From the IMG/VR virus record IMGVR_UViG_3300031701_000008, positions 1 to 31,793 of that record: a DNA stretch of 31,793 nucleotides; one strand, written 5' to 3'. Positions 16,090 to 26,102 of this stretch are shown here, piece after piece. This stretch comes from a virus. Taxonomy: Duplodnaviria; Caudoviricetes. A program made the translations under genes and the position numbers. Below the pieces are notes generated by a model, which saw only the letters and a list, made by a program, of their open reading frames with translations, was not told the origin of the DNA and made no database searches. The first letter of the stretch is position 1, and each line of letters starts with the position of its first letter.

Positions 16090-19000
16090 TATCTTTCCCC
16101 TCTTCGCCAAGATCTCGTAGACTTGCCCTTGTAGTCCTTAAGCATAGCCTCCGCAGCTTCTAGTCTCTTGATTCCATCGGTAAGATCCTTGATGTCATCA
16201 GTGTATATATCCGTACTTCTGAACCCTTCGGCACCTTTTCCAGACTGGCGAATCTTCTCATTAGCCGCTACCAGTTCGAGTACGGTTGCTCGGTGACTCT
16301 TTATCTTTTTAGACAAAGCCACTCTCGCGCCACCCATGTCGCCTCTTTCTGCTGATTCTCTGAAGCGGTAATACGACCACTCAGACCTATCATCAAACTC
16401 CTCTAGCATAATAGCCGGCAACTCTTCCACGAGAGTTTGGCCAACAGCCATTAGTATCCTGCGCTCTTCGTCAACGAGATGGATCTTGTACCCAGCCTCC
16501 AGAACATTGAAGAACTGCCTGTTCGTTAAAGCCATAATAGAAGCCCCATCGCCTGGGACGAGACCGGCAATAGTGATCTTCATCTTTGCTAGTTCCTCAT
16601 TTGGATGAGTACCCCATTCAATGTCATACTTCCGGCTCGCTTCGGTGTAGTATTTCCAGATCCAGCCAGGTTTCTTGTTGGTCATATCCGCTGCACCAGG
16701 AATGAAGCCGAACTGCCCGAAGATCGCCTCTGTACCTGCCTCGCTGTCGATGTTTCCATACAAGGCCAATGCCACCCTGTTCGTGTACTCCTCTGGATTC
16801 TTAGAAACCACTTCCTGTATAAGCCCGACATCAGTATGCCACCCTGGTGGAACATAACCCCCTGGGGGGGGCATCAGTGACCCAGTAGCGTTATTCTGCT
16901 TGAGCCATATCTCAACATTCTTCTCTACAACATCAGGGTCGCCGATTGGAACATCAAACGCACGGGCAGCTGGACCAAGATCGAGAATAGTGTCGATGAG
17001 ATTGTGATCTAATGGCTTGAGGGGGAACTCTCTTGGACCTTGTTGTGGGCCTGGGGGCACCTGAACCCAACTACCGGGCTTAGTTGGATGGTCCGCACGA
17101 AACTGAGAACCCTGTATGGTGGGGGTCGAAGCCACTAACGCCCTCATTGCGTCGGGGGTGAGCCTAGAGACTGCGCCGGCAGGAATCTCGGTAGGGTACT
17201 GCTTCATAAACTCTTCTGGATCGTCGGCAAATCTCTGGGCCAATCTATCGTGGAGCTGGTGGAGAGACATCTCATAAACATATTGTTGGTATTCAGGAGA
17301 GTGGAGGGCAATATCGCCAGATCCTTGGAACCGCCAAAATGCGGCAAACTTCGACCTGGCTTTTAGTGCCCAAGGCTGCAACTTAATCTCTTCACCGTCC
17401 ACTGTTATCGTGTCGGACGCGCCCGATGACGGGTCTAATACCCGAGCATTATGGTCGAGGATATCTTTGAACTCTGGAAGCAGCTCTGGATTTCTAAGCA
17501 AGGCTGGTGGCACTTTCCCTGAACTCAGCAGAACTTGCCCTGCTAGTTCGTTACGGTTTCTTGTCTTCTCTAAACCGCGATTTCTCCACCGGGCAAAGTC
17601 TTTCTCAAATATTTTTAGTTCTTTCGCATTAGCCTCATCAAACGGCTCGTTACCGATCAACGACCGCTGCACCATTCCAGAGAGGTGGCTGAACACAGCT
17701 GTCGTTCCATTCCACATCGCTGAAGAAAGCTGTTCAACATTATTAGTAGCCTTACTACCTTGTATTTCAATCCATCCACCAAGGGTTCCTCGCTTGAAGT
17801 AACCGTCGCCAAGAGGAACCAAGGAGTCGATATACGCGTCTGAGATCTCTTCCCGAGTATCGAAGGTGAGCGGATCCTGGCCTGCCGGGGTCGGCCCCAC
17901 CGCCGCTCGGAAAGAGTCTTTGTACTGTGGCTCGAAAATGAACTCAGTGCCCTGCGTGTTCTTGATTAGTCCCGGCGGAGAATCTGACGAGACGGTGTAT
18001 TTGGAAGATTTACCACCCATCGTTACTGATTCCAATGGCTGGATATGCAAAGACGGTGCGATATCGCTGAAGAACTCCTCCTCGGTTATGCCATCAAGAA
18101 AGTTCGTTTGACCTCCCGACAGGACTTTGAACAACTCATCATAGATCCAGGCTTCCGAGTCAGCGGGATTTCCAGAGTTGTCCGTTCTTTGTTCTTCTGG
18201 AAGACTGATCTGATGGAAGAACGACTGACCGTTCCTCTTGATAGGTGGATAAGCGTTCAGGACTTGAATCACTGATTGGTCGATTGCTAACCCAATCTTC
18301 TCAGCGTCACCGTAAGTGCTGTACTCAGGGTTGGCTTGGATCGTTTGCAAGTTATTCCCGTAGTAGTTGTTCATTACAAGATTCGTGAACGAGTCCTTGC
18401 CACCCTGAGACATTGATACTGTTGCTGGATTACCATTCACGGCCTCTGAAATTAACTCTATGATATCGGCTCGGTCAGCGGCTGAGGTTCTCCCGCCTCC
18501 TGCCCCTTGACCAGCGCCCCGGCCCGGTTGGGTGACAGCGCTGGTCATCGCTAGGACAGGATCTTGGTTTCCTCTGGCCTTGCCGTAGTTGACGATCTCA
18601 TTGATTCGCTTTGGAGAAAACTGAAACCCATCAGGGAGTGCTTTCACCGGAATGAATCCAAGCTCCCCTATAAGATCTGACGCAATTTGCCAAGCATCTG
18701 GGTCGCCCTCGTCCATTCTGTTGTTAAGTGCCTCAGCAAGTGAAGGCAGCAAAGCACCGTATTTATTTGAAATCTTTATGAGGGCTTCGGAGTTAAAATT
18801 GAGGAGTTCTGGAGGCAGAGCGGATAAAGACTTGTCGAGGTCTACCGGCCTGGAACTGGTCTCACCCAGAACAGCATCAAGATTCCCGCTAGGACCATTC
18901 GCATTTGCTATTCTAACCGAATCACGGCCAGCTTTGTTGATCCGATCTTGGGCGCGCCCACCCATCTCTACCGAAGCAAAGAGAGTCGCCGCATCTTCTC

Positions 19001-19928
19001 CGAATCCTGCTCTAGCCAGTGCGTCGATTACTGCTATTCCTCTTTCAAGGTCACCCCTATCAGGAGAATTGTACTGGATCCCGCCCGTTGGGGAAGCGGT
19101 GAAAGATCCATCTTCCGACTGAGACATCTGGGTGGCAGTAGACCCGATATATCCTTCACGGTTTTGTAAAACATCTCCACGAATCCTATCGACGATGTTC
19201 CTTGGAAGATTCGCGACACCACCTGAACCAGGCTCGGCGAAGGCTCCAAGGAAATAATCCATACGGCCCTCGGCACCACGAGAGAAATACGAGGTCCGCA
19301 TTCCATTTAGCGCAGTGGTCTGGACTGCCGATAACTCGCCAGCATTGATAAGCCCTCGCTCGAGAAGACCGGCAGCATAGGACAGGTCGTCAGCAGCTTG
19401 AGTACCAGGGGCTGCGGAATCACCATAGTTATTCAGGGCACGGCTATTGATGAGATCCAGCCGGGACTTATCCACGCTGTCGGCCATTGCCTTGAGAAGG
19501 GGGCCAGGAGACCCTCTAAGGGATTCCAGGCGGGTGGCCGAAGACTTAGACAGGATCCTCTGGGAGCGGGGGTGGAGACCCTCTAGGGCCGCTTTCTCGC
19601 CAGCCTCAATATCGTCAGCGAAGTCGTGCATTATCCCAAATAGAGCAGCATCCTGATCCATCGGGTTCAGGTTCTCTTCATTCCTCAGTTCCAGCAATGC
19701 CTGATCCCTGAGCATCTCAGCGTTCTCGAAGTTCGCCTTGGCTTTGGTTTCCCAAACTCCTTGGTCTTCCTTCATCTGATCGCCAAGAAGGCCAGCGGAG
19801 ATACGAGTCACCGAGTCCGCTAACTGGCCGAAACTCTTGTATACCAGACCAGCCTCTGATCCAGGCATAAGGGTTCTTCGAGCCGTACCTGCGGTACTGA
19901 TCCTGGAACGAGGTATCTTGATCGCCAT
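16089..19928 (-). CDS. Internal virion/ejection protein (gp15-like position)
   Basis: 1279 aa, MAIKIP start, helical character, synteny between gp14-like and gp16-like genes; AGGAG SD. Confidence 0.7.
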   Translation of the reverse strand: MAIKIPRSRISTAGTARRTLMPGSEAGLVYKSFGQLADSVTRISAGLLGDQMKEDQGVWETKAKANFENAEMLRDQALLELRNEENLNPMDQDAALFGIMHDFADDIEAGEKAALEGLHPRSQRILSKSSATRLESLRGSPGPLLKAMADSVDKSRLDLINSRALNNYGDSAAPGTQAADDLSYAAGLLERGLINAGELSAVQTTALNGMRTSYFSRGAEGRMDYFLGAFAEPGSGGVANLPRNIVDRIRGDVLQNREGYIGSTATQMSQSEDGSFTASPTGGIQYNSPDRGDLERGIAVIDALARAGFGEDAATLFASVEMGGRAQDRINKAGRDSVRIANANGPSGNLDAVLGETSSRPVDLDKSLSALPPELLNFNSEALIKISNKYGALLPSLAEALNNRMDEGDPDAWQIASDLIGELGFIPVKALPDGFQFSPKRINEIVNYGKARGNQDPVLAMTSAVTQPGRGAGQGAGGGRTSAADRADIIELISEAVNGNPATVSMSQGGKDSFTNLVMNNYYGNNLQTIQANPEYSTYGDAEKIGLAIDQSVIQVLNAYPPIKRNGQSFFHQISLPEEQRTDNSGNPADSEAWIYDELFKVLSGGQTNFLDGITEEEFFSDIAPSLHIQPLESVTMGGKSSKYTVSSDSPPGLIKNTQGTEFIFEPQYKDSFRAAVGPTPAGQDPLTFDTREEISDAYIDSLVPLGDGYFKRGTLGGWIEIQGSKATNNVEQLSSAMWNGTTAVFSHLSGMVQRSLIGNEPFDEANAKELKIFEKDFARWRNRGLEKTRNRNELAGQVLLSSGKVPPALLRNPELLPEFKDILDHNARVLDPSSGASDTITVDGEEIKLQPWALKARSKFAAFWRFQGSGDIALHSPEYQQYVYEMSLHQLHDRLAQRFADDPEEFMKQYPTEIPAGAVSRLTPDAMRALVASTPTIQGSQFRADHPTKPGSWVQVPPGPQQGPREFPLKPLDHNLIDTILDLGPAARAFDVPIGDPDVVEKNVEIWLKQNNATGSLMPPPGGYVPPGWHTDVGLIQEVVSKNPEEYTNRVALALYGNIDSEAGTEAIFGQFGFIPGAADMTNKKPGWIWKYYTEASRKYDIEWGTHPNEELAKMKITIAGLVPGDGASIMALTNRQFFNVLEAGYKIHLVDEERRILMAVGQTLVEELPAIMLEEFDDRSEWSYYRFRESAERGDMGGARVALSKKIKSHRATVLELVAANEKIRQSGKGAEGFRSTDIYTDDIKDLTDGIKRLEAAEAMLKDYKGKSTRSWRRGER

Positions 19929-19955
19929 TTGTCTCCTAGTCCTTGAGCATATCTA

Positions 19956-20342
19956 TTACGAATTCGCGCCTAGCGTGAACAACGAATCCGCTGCGCCCAT
20001 GTAACCAGCCATTCGGGACTGCTTCGCCTTCTTGCGAAGAGTCTTTTCTTCCGATTTTGCGCCGGCTATTATTGATTCTTGTTCTCGCATCGTTTCACCA
20101 ATTGATTCCATCATTACCAGCATCGGAGAACCTTCCAGTTCTACTCCCGCTGCTCCGAAACCGGCTTTTTGAGACCCGACAACTCTTCGACCTTCAAGTC
20201 CTGCAACACGAGACTTTTCTTTACCGAGTCGCCTCGCCTCTCGGGCCTGTTCATTGTACGCATCTGATTCCGCTTGGCCGCCCAGCAGCTTTGACCCACC
20301 ACTAAACATAGTGCTGAGAAACATCATCGTGAATGGGTCCAT
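19956..20342 (-). CDS. Internal virion protein B (gp14-like)
   Basis: MDPFT start, GSQKAGFGAAGVELEGSP motif, helical Ala/Gln/Arg composition; synteny. Confidence 0.8.
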   Translation of the reverse strand: MDPFTMMFLSTMFSGGSKLLGGQAESDAYNEQAREARRLGKEKSRVAGLEGRRVVGSQKAGFGAAGVELEGSPMLVMMESIGETMREQESIIAGAKSEEKTLRKKAKQSRMAGYMGAADSLFTLGANS

Positions 20343-20351
20343 GTCTGTCTC

Positions 20352-23045
20352 CTAGTCCGAGTAACTAACTTCGATTGTGATACTTTGCATCTCAATCGTG
20401 TACGGGTTGTTGTGGGTAATGCTAAGTGTTGGACTCGTTCCGTATAGCCCAAGCACTGGCACATCTTCCCAACCATTTATTGCAGAAGGAGCTGGGCCGC
20501 TAATCCAAGGCATTGACTGCAAGGAATACTTATCGACCACAACCCCACGAGTGTTGTTCAAGTAAAGCATCGCTCGATCATAACTTCTCTTATGACCATG
20601 CGTAGAACCTGATCGACCCTGGATATCCAGGACAGCCGGTGCCATCGTGAATGTGAATGGCAAACCAACCACCGCTAAAGCAAATCCAGACGCTGCGGAA
20701 CTGATATCCACAGTACCTTCTGAGGAAACAACAAACTCACCAAGGTAGTATTGTGCGTCCACTAAGACCTGTACGGTCTCTCCGACTAAATGGGTCAAGC
20801 CTGTGATGGTTGTTCCACTTCCCGCTCCAGGTACAGACTTCTGCGAATCCAACACCGCTGTTTCTGTAAAAGCCTCCAGGGAATACTGTGTAGAACCATC
20901 AATAAATCTAGACATCACCATGTATACAGAGTCGTCCCGAGTCCCTGAAAGAGATGTCACGACAGCCATGTCCCAAACTCTAGAGGTAGTCGCTGTGTCA
21001 TAGTTCGTCGGACTCCACCCTAATACACTGTTTTGCCGGTTATAGGTCATGATGTCGAGTTGACCAGAGTTGCCCATGCAGAAGAGAAATGGATCAGGGC
21101 TATGGGCGAATACCAACTTCTGCGCTCGTTTTGTGGGCGACCAGAGATGGTCCGCTAAATCAGTCAGGTCAGCACTCTGGTATCTATCAGAGGATTCAGT
21201 GTAAGCCATCTCTCGGATTCCTTGGCCGCCTCGTGGTACAAACCCGATTGAGGAACCCATGTGGATGGCCTGGGAATTGTTACTTCCGTATTGGCTTTGG
21301 AGATCTACCGAGAGGTTTGTAGATGTTAAAGGCTGGCCTGACAGCTTATATTCAGAGAAGTCTGAACCTATCAGTAAGTCCTGCTGGGACACCAGCCATC
21401 GGATTCTGTTACCAACATTGTTGGAGATCTTAAACAATAATCCTTGGTCGTCGTTCGGTCCTTGTTGCCAGTCGTCTGGTTCTCCACTACGGCTACTCGC
21501 GATAAGGTTTTGATAATCATTACTGAAACCAGCCATGAACACGCGGCCCTGGTGACTAGCTCCAACGGCGGGGAATCCAGTGGCTACGCTGAATCCGTAC
21601 CCCCAGTTGAAGGTTGGCCCATAATACCCCCTAGATGTGCCCTCAATGCATTCGTAATCATAAGCATCTGTACGAGCCTCACACCTCGCCCTAGCATTAG
21701 AAGCGAAGACCGCTCCACCTAATGTGAGTGTCCCCCCGGTACCGTCGAAAACTGTTTCATGACCAGCAGGGAGGAAATCCGGGGTGGAAGAAAAGATGTC
21801 AAAGTTTCCGGAAACAATGTTAGCACCGGGGGTGTCCCCTCGGGGAAATACAGCAACTTCGGGGATCTTCTCCCTTTTCGGAATCTTTGTCACGACGACA
21901 TCGTAAGTTCCAGAATTAAGCAATAGTCCGTAAAATATCCCTTGTCCTGACCAACCAGCAACATAGCAAACTGCTGTATTCGCTACAGTATCAATAGAGT
22001 GAATCCACAATACAGTGGTGTTGTTCGAGTTAGCCGATGGTTGTGGCAGACCCGGAGGCCACCCGGTGGCGAGAACCACCGTTGTCAGGACTTTCCCAAC
22101 ATAGGAGTTATCAAGAGTGATTGGGATGTTGCTTAAAGTACCAAAATTACCACGGATCGCACCTGACCATGAACAGCCAGCCCATGTGGTGTCAGGAATG
22201 TACGGTCCAGTCCAATCGTTAGGGTCGTCGCCCATCCCATTAGTGATTCTCTTACCCTTAGCAGTCTTGGGGCTATTGACATTGCTTATTCTGAACCAGC
22301 AGGAAATCCCGTTGAACTGGTTTTCTCCCTCCACTACTCCGTCTTCGTCGCGGTACTTTGACCCACCACCTAATCGCCAAATCGAACCCACATCTTCAGG
22401 CATAAACAAATCCTCAGTCGCCTCGATCCGGCAGGCTCGCGATAGGCCGGCACCGGTGGAGTTCGGGATCGGTTGCTCTGGCATCGAAATCCCCACTTTA
22501 GGTTTGTAGGACTTCAATTGCGGAGAGCCACCTACTATCGGCGCAATGCCAAATTCGTAGGTAGCGGGAGTGCCATACTTCTTCTCGAAATAAAGGGGCG
22601 GCTTCGATGGGGTATAAATGTAGACACGGTTATTGTGCTGGAAATGGGTGACAGCATCGCCGGCTGGCAGGGCACCTAGAGGATGGTAAGCACCTGTGTC
22701 ATCTCCACTCGCAGGGTAAGGACCATGTGTTCCAGAACCACCCCAATCAATCTTCACGCCGTCCTTATAGACATAAAGCTTCCCGTACTGCCCACCGACT
22801 GAATACGCAAAGACTAACAGGTAGTCACCATCTGACGCAGAGTACGGAACGAGATGCGCCCTTACATTACCTTCGATAGCATCAATGTGTTTGATCCCAG
22901 GACGACGACGAACACCGCCAGTCCTTGTAAGAACTCCGTTCTTTAAGGTCTTGCAACCCTGACGAACTTGATCTGAGCTGCCCATCCCTAAAACTCTAGG
23001 GCTGAGTTCCCCGAAGGAAAAGCGTTCTTGTGGAATCCAAACCAT
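20352..23045 (-). CDS. Tail tubular protein B / nozzle (T7 gp12-like)
   Basis: Q..FS.GELSPR, L.N..L...GG..RRPG, GFP.....HQGRV..AG, LLIG....EY, Y...DLT.LADHL, GLTHL.GETV.V..D, VGLPF. Confidence 0.92.
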   Translation of the reverse strand: MVWIPQERFSFGELSPRVLGMGSSDQVRQGCKTLKNGVLTRTGGVRRRPGIKHIDAIEGNVRAHLVPYSASDGDYLLVFAYSVGGQYGKLYVYKDGVKIDWGGSGTHGPYPASGDDTGAYHPLGALPAGDAVTHFQHNNRVYIYTPSKPPLYFEKKYGTPATYEFGIAPIVGGSPQLKSYKPKVGISMPEQPIPNSTGAGLSRACRIEATEDLFMPEDVGSIWRLGGGSKYRDEDGVVEGENQFNGISCWFRISNVNSPKTAKGKRITNGMGDDPNDWTGPYIPDTTWAGCSWSGAIRGNFGTLSNIPITLDNSYVGKVLTTVVLATGWPPGLPQPSANSNNTTVLWIHSIDTVANTAVCYVAGWSGQGIFYGLLLNSGTYDVVVTKIPKREKIPEVAVFPRGDTPGANIVSGNFDIFSSTPDFLPAGHETVFDGTGGTLTLGGAVFASNARARCEARTDAYDYECIEGTSRGYYGPTFNWGYGFSVATGFPAVGASHQGRVFMAGFSNDYQNLIASSRSGEPDDWQQGPNDDQGLLFKISNNVGNRIRWLVSQQDLLIGSDFSEYKLSGQPLTSTNLSVDLQSQYGSNNSQAIHMGSSIGFVPRGGQGIREMAYTESSDRYQSADLTDLADHLWSPTKRAQKLVFAHSPDPFLFCMGNSGQLDIMTYNRQNSVLGWSPTNYDTATTSRVWDMAVVTSLSGTRDDSVYMVMSRFIDGSTQYSLEAFTETAVLDSQKSVPGAGSGTTITGLTHLVGETVQVLVDAQYYLGEFVVSSEGTVDISSAASGFALAVVGLPFTFTMAPAVLDIQGRSGSTHGHKRSYDRAMLYLNNTRGVVVDKYSLQSMPWISGPAPSAINGWEDVPVLGLYGTSPTLSITHNNPYTIEMQSITIEVSYSD

Positions 23046-23048
23046 TGT

Positions 23049-23690
23049 CTATCTCCTCACATCAAGCAATGAAGTGGACGAGAACATCCGAGGACTACTC
23101 TCTTGACCGTCCACTCCTTTAGCCGCTAACAATGCGTCAGCTGCCCGTTGAGCGATGTATGCCTGTTCAGTAGGAGGCTTACCAAAGTTTGTCGCAACAT
23201 GAGCAGCGAGGGCTAGCCCCATTGCATGAGCAACTAATGGAGACAACAAACCAATGTCAGCTCCAATATCCATCACATACTCTAAGGAAATAGTCCCCTC
23301 ATTCGACAGCAAGCAACGCTTTAATATCGGTGGGGTGGCTCCGTCACTTACGACTTCGATCTCCCACTGATTCTGGCCCATGCCACCGTTCGGTTGCATC
23401 GGAAGACCGTTAATCGTTAAGGCTCTCAAATAGTCAGTAGGTAGGTTATATGCCTTTGCCCAGCGCGGGCCAGATGGGGCAACAGCATCGCCAGCAGAGT
23501 CGTTGAAAGTTTCCAGGTCAATCGTTCTCTTTGCCCCATTCCATGCGTGGTCTGCTAGGAACTGAGCGCGGAAACCACCTTCCCATACAGTGTTCAACAA
23601 AATCGCCTGGGAAGAACCATCACTGGTAGTCCCGATGGTTCCAACTCCTAGTTCAACTAACGCAACATTCCAGATTTGTACTACTGTCAC
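23049..23690 (-). CDS. Tail tubular protein A / adaptor (T7 gp11-like), short in-frame form from an internal GTG
   Basis: AAGGAG (23696-23701) 5 nt before GTG (23690); V.IWN.AL..LG...I, L..H.WN.A.R...L, W..AY.LP.DYLR, LEYV, A..LALAA..A; immediately upstream of the nozzle gene. Confidence 0.75.
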   Translation of the reverse strand: MTVVQIWNVALVELGVGTIGTTSDGSSQAILLNTVWEGGFRAQFLADHAWNGAKRTIDLETFNDSAGDAVAPSGPRWAKAYNLPTDYLRALTINGLPMQPNGGMGQNQWEIEVVSDGATPPILKRCLLSNEGTISLEYVMDIGADIGLLSPLVAHAMGLALAAHVATNFGKPPTEQAYIAQRAADALLAAKGVDGQESSPRMFSSTSLLDVRR

Positions 23691-26102
23691 AGCTTCTCCT
23701 TCATTTAAAAGCGGAGCCGAAATGCTCCCTATTCCGTCGATAACTGCTCCGCCGGGCAAGGTGCCGGTCAAGCCAGTGCCCAAAGAACCAACCCCGTCGA
23801 TAACTACTTGTGCGAAAAAACGGCTTCCATTGCCTTGGCCCACTGAGGCAGAACTTGAAAAAGATGCTTCAAGGTCTCCAACGAAATCTCTCGCGCCACC
23901 CGTGGACGATGCAGTAGTTGATACAGTTCCTGATACCGGAACTGTTGCGCCAAATGTCACTGATACCGTGTCAACCACTATACATGAAATAGAAATCGGG
24001 ATCTGCGACTCACTCGTGGTAGCCGAGATTCCATGAACAGATACTGATTTCTGTAACGGATCTGACGGTCCTACTGGTTGACGACCAGAAGAAACCACCA
24101 TCGCTGCGGAGATTGACACTGACTGAGACGGCAGGATCCTCGTAGCCGTTGCTGACACATGGGCGATAACCGCTTCCAGGACACTAGGAGCCAGGTCGTT
24201 AACGCTCGTGGAAGACGATGCGCTTATGGTCGCTGCCGATGATGCCGGCCTTGAATAATCTACAGTAACGGCAACTGATCCGGTCGAGGAAAGACTTGCA
24301 GCCCCCGTACCAAACTGACCTAACTCTCCTGTTACGGTTGAAATCACACTAGCAAAGGCCGAGGCGGGCCTCGAGAAGACCATGGAAAAGGACACTGTTG
24401 GTCGGTCGAATGTCATAGATGCAGTAGGTGTCTCGACACCAGCTACTGTCCCTACAGCGGTCGAGACGAGCGTAGCAGCGGAGGTCGCCGGCAACTCGTA
24501 GATCACCGATACCGTGGATGTTGGCAAGGTAAAGCTAGCGTCAGAAGTGGCGGTTCCCTGATAGGCAAGGGCGGCGATGGTCGAGGAACCGATGGTTGCT
24601 GCGCCGGATGCGGTCCGGGTGTAGGTCACCGCGCCGACCGTGCCGGTAGCCGAAGAGACTACCGAAGCCGCAGCGGTAGCGGAGCCAGCGAACGACGCAA
24701 GGGCGATGGTCGCCGAGCCGATGGTCGCTCCGCCGGATGCGGTCCGGGTGTAGGTCACCGCGCCGACCGTGCCGGTAGCCGAAGAGACTACCGAGGCCGC
24801 AGCGGTAGCGGAGCCAGCGAACGACGCGCTGCCCACCGAGGTCGCAGCGAATACTGCCTCTAGGGAGGTCGTCCGCGCAGCGACCACATACTCCACGACC
24901 GGCTCGGTCGCCGAACCGATGGTCGCTGCACCGGATGCGGTCCGGGTGTAGGTCACCGCGCCGACCGTGCCGGTAGCCGACGAGACTACCGAGGCCGCAG
25001 CGGAGGTCGGAGCTGCGAACGACGCACTGCCCGAAGCGGTCGCCGAGAGGATCCCCTCCAGGAAGGTCGAGTGGGGAAAGACCACAAACTCCACGACCGG
25101 CTCGGTCGCCGAGGCGATGGTCGCTGCGCCGGTCGCCGTCCGGGTGTAGGTCACCGCTGCCACCGTGCCGGTGGCCGAAGAGACTACCGAGGCCGCAGCG
25201 GTAGCGGAGCCAGCGAACGACGCGCTGCCCACCGAGGTCGCAGCGAATACTGCCTCTAGGGAGGTCGTCCGCGCAGCGACCACATACTCCACGACAGCCA
25301 CGGTCGAGGAACCGATGGTCGCCGAGGCGGATGCGGCACGGGTGTAGGTCACCGCTGCCACCGTGCCGGTGGCCGAAGAGACCACCGAGGCCGCGGCGGA
25401 GGCCGGGGCTGCGAACGACGCGCTGCCCGAAGCGGTCGCCGAGAGGATCCCCTCCAGGAAGGTCGAGCCATCCGAGACCACAAACTCCACGACAGCCACG
25501 GTCGCCGAGCCGATGGTCGCCGAGGCGGCTACCGACTCAGCGGTGGTGGTTCCCGAAGAAGGTTTTGTTACTTCTGCAACGCAGTCCAGGCTGACAATGG
25601 TGCCGTCCTTCTGCATCCATCTGGTCTGGAACTGCCAAGCAGTCCCCGCAGTACACCTGTCGAAGTTTATTGCTACTTGCATTTCCGTGTAATCGTCACG
25701 AGAACTATTGCTGAAGTTGAGGGAGTTGCTACCAGCATACTCTCTCATAATCGCAACGAATGCCTTAGCGGTTGTGGTCGTTACTTTAGCCTCTGTGCCG
25801 ATCACTCCGTTGTTATTAGTGAGGTCGTGAGGAAAAGCAGTGCTGCTAGCATGGGTGTAGGGTCGGCCAGTGGTTGCCGAGGTGGCGAGAAGGGCAAAGG
25901 AGCCGGGGGTTCCAGTGACTTTCTGGCGATAGTAGACGGCAACTGGATCTCCAGGATCGAAACGCTGACCATTGTCCGCCGCTGCGTGACACAAGATAAT
26001 GACAGACTCAGTTGACCCTAGCGTGTAGGCAGTCCCATTTGCGACTCCTGTTATTACGGTTCGGGTTGAATCAACAATCCTGTCGCCAATGGTAATTGTC
26101 AT
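23049..26102 (-). CDS. Fusion protein: N-terminal domain + Ala/Ser/Thr repeat stalk + C-terminal tail tubular protein A (adaptor)
   Basis: Single open frame of 1017 aa, TGATG-coupled to the upstream gene; last ~213 aa carry gp11/adaptor motifs. Confidence 0.8.
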   Translation of the reverse strand: MTITIGDRIVDSTRTVITGVANGTAYTLGSTESVIILCHAAADNGQRFDPGDPVAVYYRQKVTGTPGSFALLATSATTGRPYTHASSTAFPHDLTNNNGVIGTEAKVTTTTAKAFVAIMREYAGSNSLNFSNSSRDDYTEMQVAINFDRCTAGTAWQFQTRWMQKDGTIVSLDCVAEVTKPSSGTTTAESVAASATIGSATVAVVEFVVSDGSTFLEGILSATASGSASFAAPASAAASVVSSATGTVAAVTYTRAASASATIGSSTVAVVEYVVAARTTSLEAVFAATSVGSASFAGSATAAASVVSSATGTVAAVTYTRTATGAATIASATEPVVEFVVFPHSTFLEGILSATASGSASFAAPTSAAASVVSSATGTVGAVTYTRTASGAATIGSATEPVVEYVVAARTTSLEAVFAATSVGSASFAGSATAAASVVSSATGTVGAVTYTRTASGGATIGSATIALASFAGSATAAASVVSSATGTVGAVTYTRTASGAATIGSSTIAALAYQGTATSDASFTLPTSTVSVIYELPATSAATLVSTAVGTVAGVETPTASMTFDRPTVSFSMVFSRPASAFASVISTVTGELGQFGTGAASLSSTGSVAVTVDYSRPASSAATISASSSTSVNDLAPSVLEAVIAHVSATATRILPSQSVSISAAMVVSSGRQPVGPSDPLQKSVSVHGISATTSESQIPISISCIVVDTVSVTFGATVPVSGTVSTTASSTGGARDFVGDLEASFSSSASVGQGNGSRFFAQVVIDGVGSLGTGLTGTLPGGAVIDGIGSISAPLLNEGEAVTVVQIWNVALVELGVGTIGTTSDGSSQAILLNTVWEGGFRAQFLADHAWNGAKRTIDLETFNDSAGDAVAPSGPRWAKAYNLPTDYLRALTINGLPMQPNGGMGQNQWEIEVVSDGATPPILKRCLLSNEGTISLEYVMDIGADIGLLSPLVAHAMGLALAAHVATNFGKPPTEQAYIAQRAADALLAAKGVDGQESSPRMFSSTSLLDVRR
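24570..25535 (-). repeat. Coding tandem repeat: four 198-bp (66-aa) units in A-B-A-B order, one 129-bp unit and a partial unit
   Basis: VTYTR unit ends at 25338, 25140, 24942, 24744 and 24615; ~119 bp identical between 24781-24899 and 25177-25295; visibly more GC-rich than the flanks. Confidence 0.95.

Noticed and set aside
16858-16871. C5-T-G8 tract in the gp15-like gene as a phase-variation site
   Set aside because: Encodes PPPGG in a Pro-rich stretch of a presumably essential gene; in frame with no supporting sign of switching.
24570-25535. Possible CRISPR array or DGR template/variable repeat
   Set aside because: Units are in-frame coding repeats without unique spacers; differences are not adenine-specific and no reverse transcriptase is present.
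24769-25692. Four similar + strand ORFs (MPVAEETTEAA...) at 198-bp spacing
   Set aside because: Antisense shadows of the coding repeat; not separate genes.
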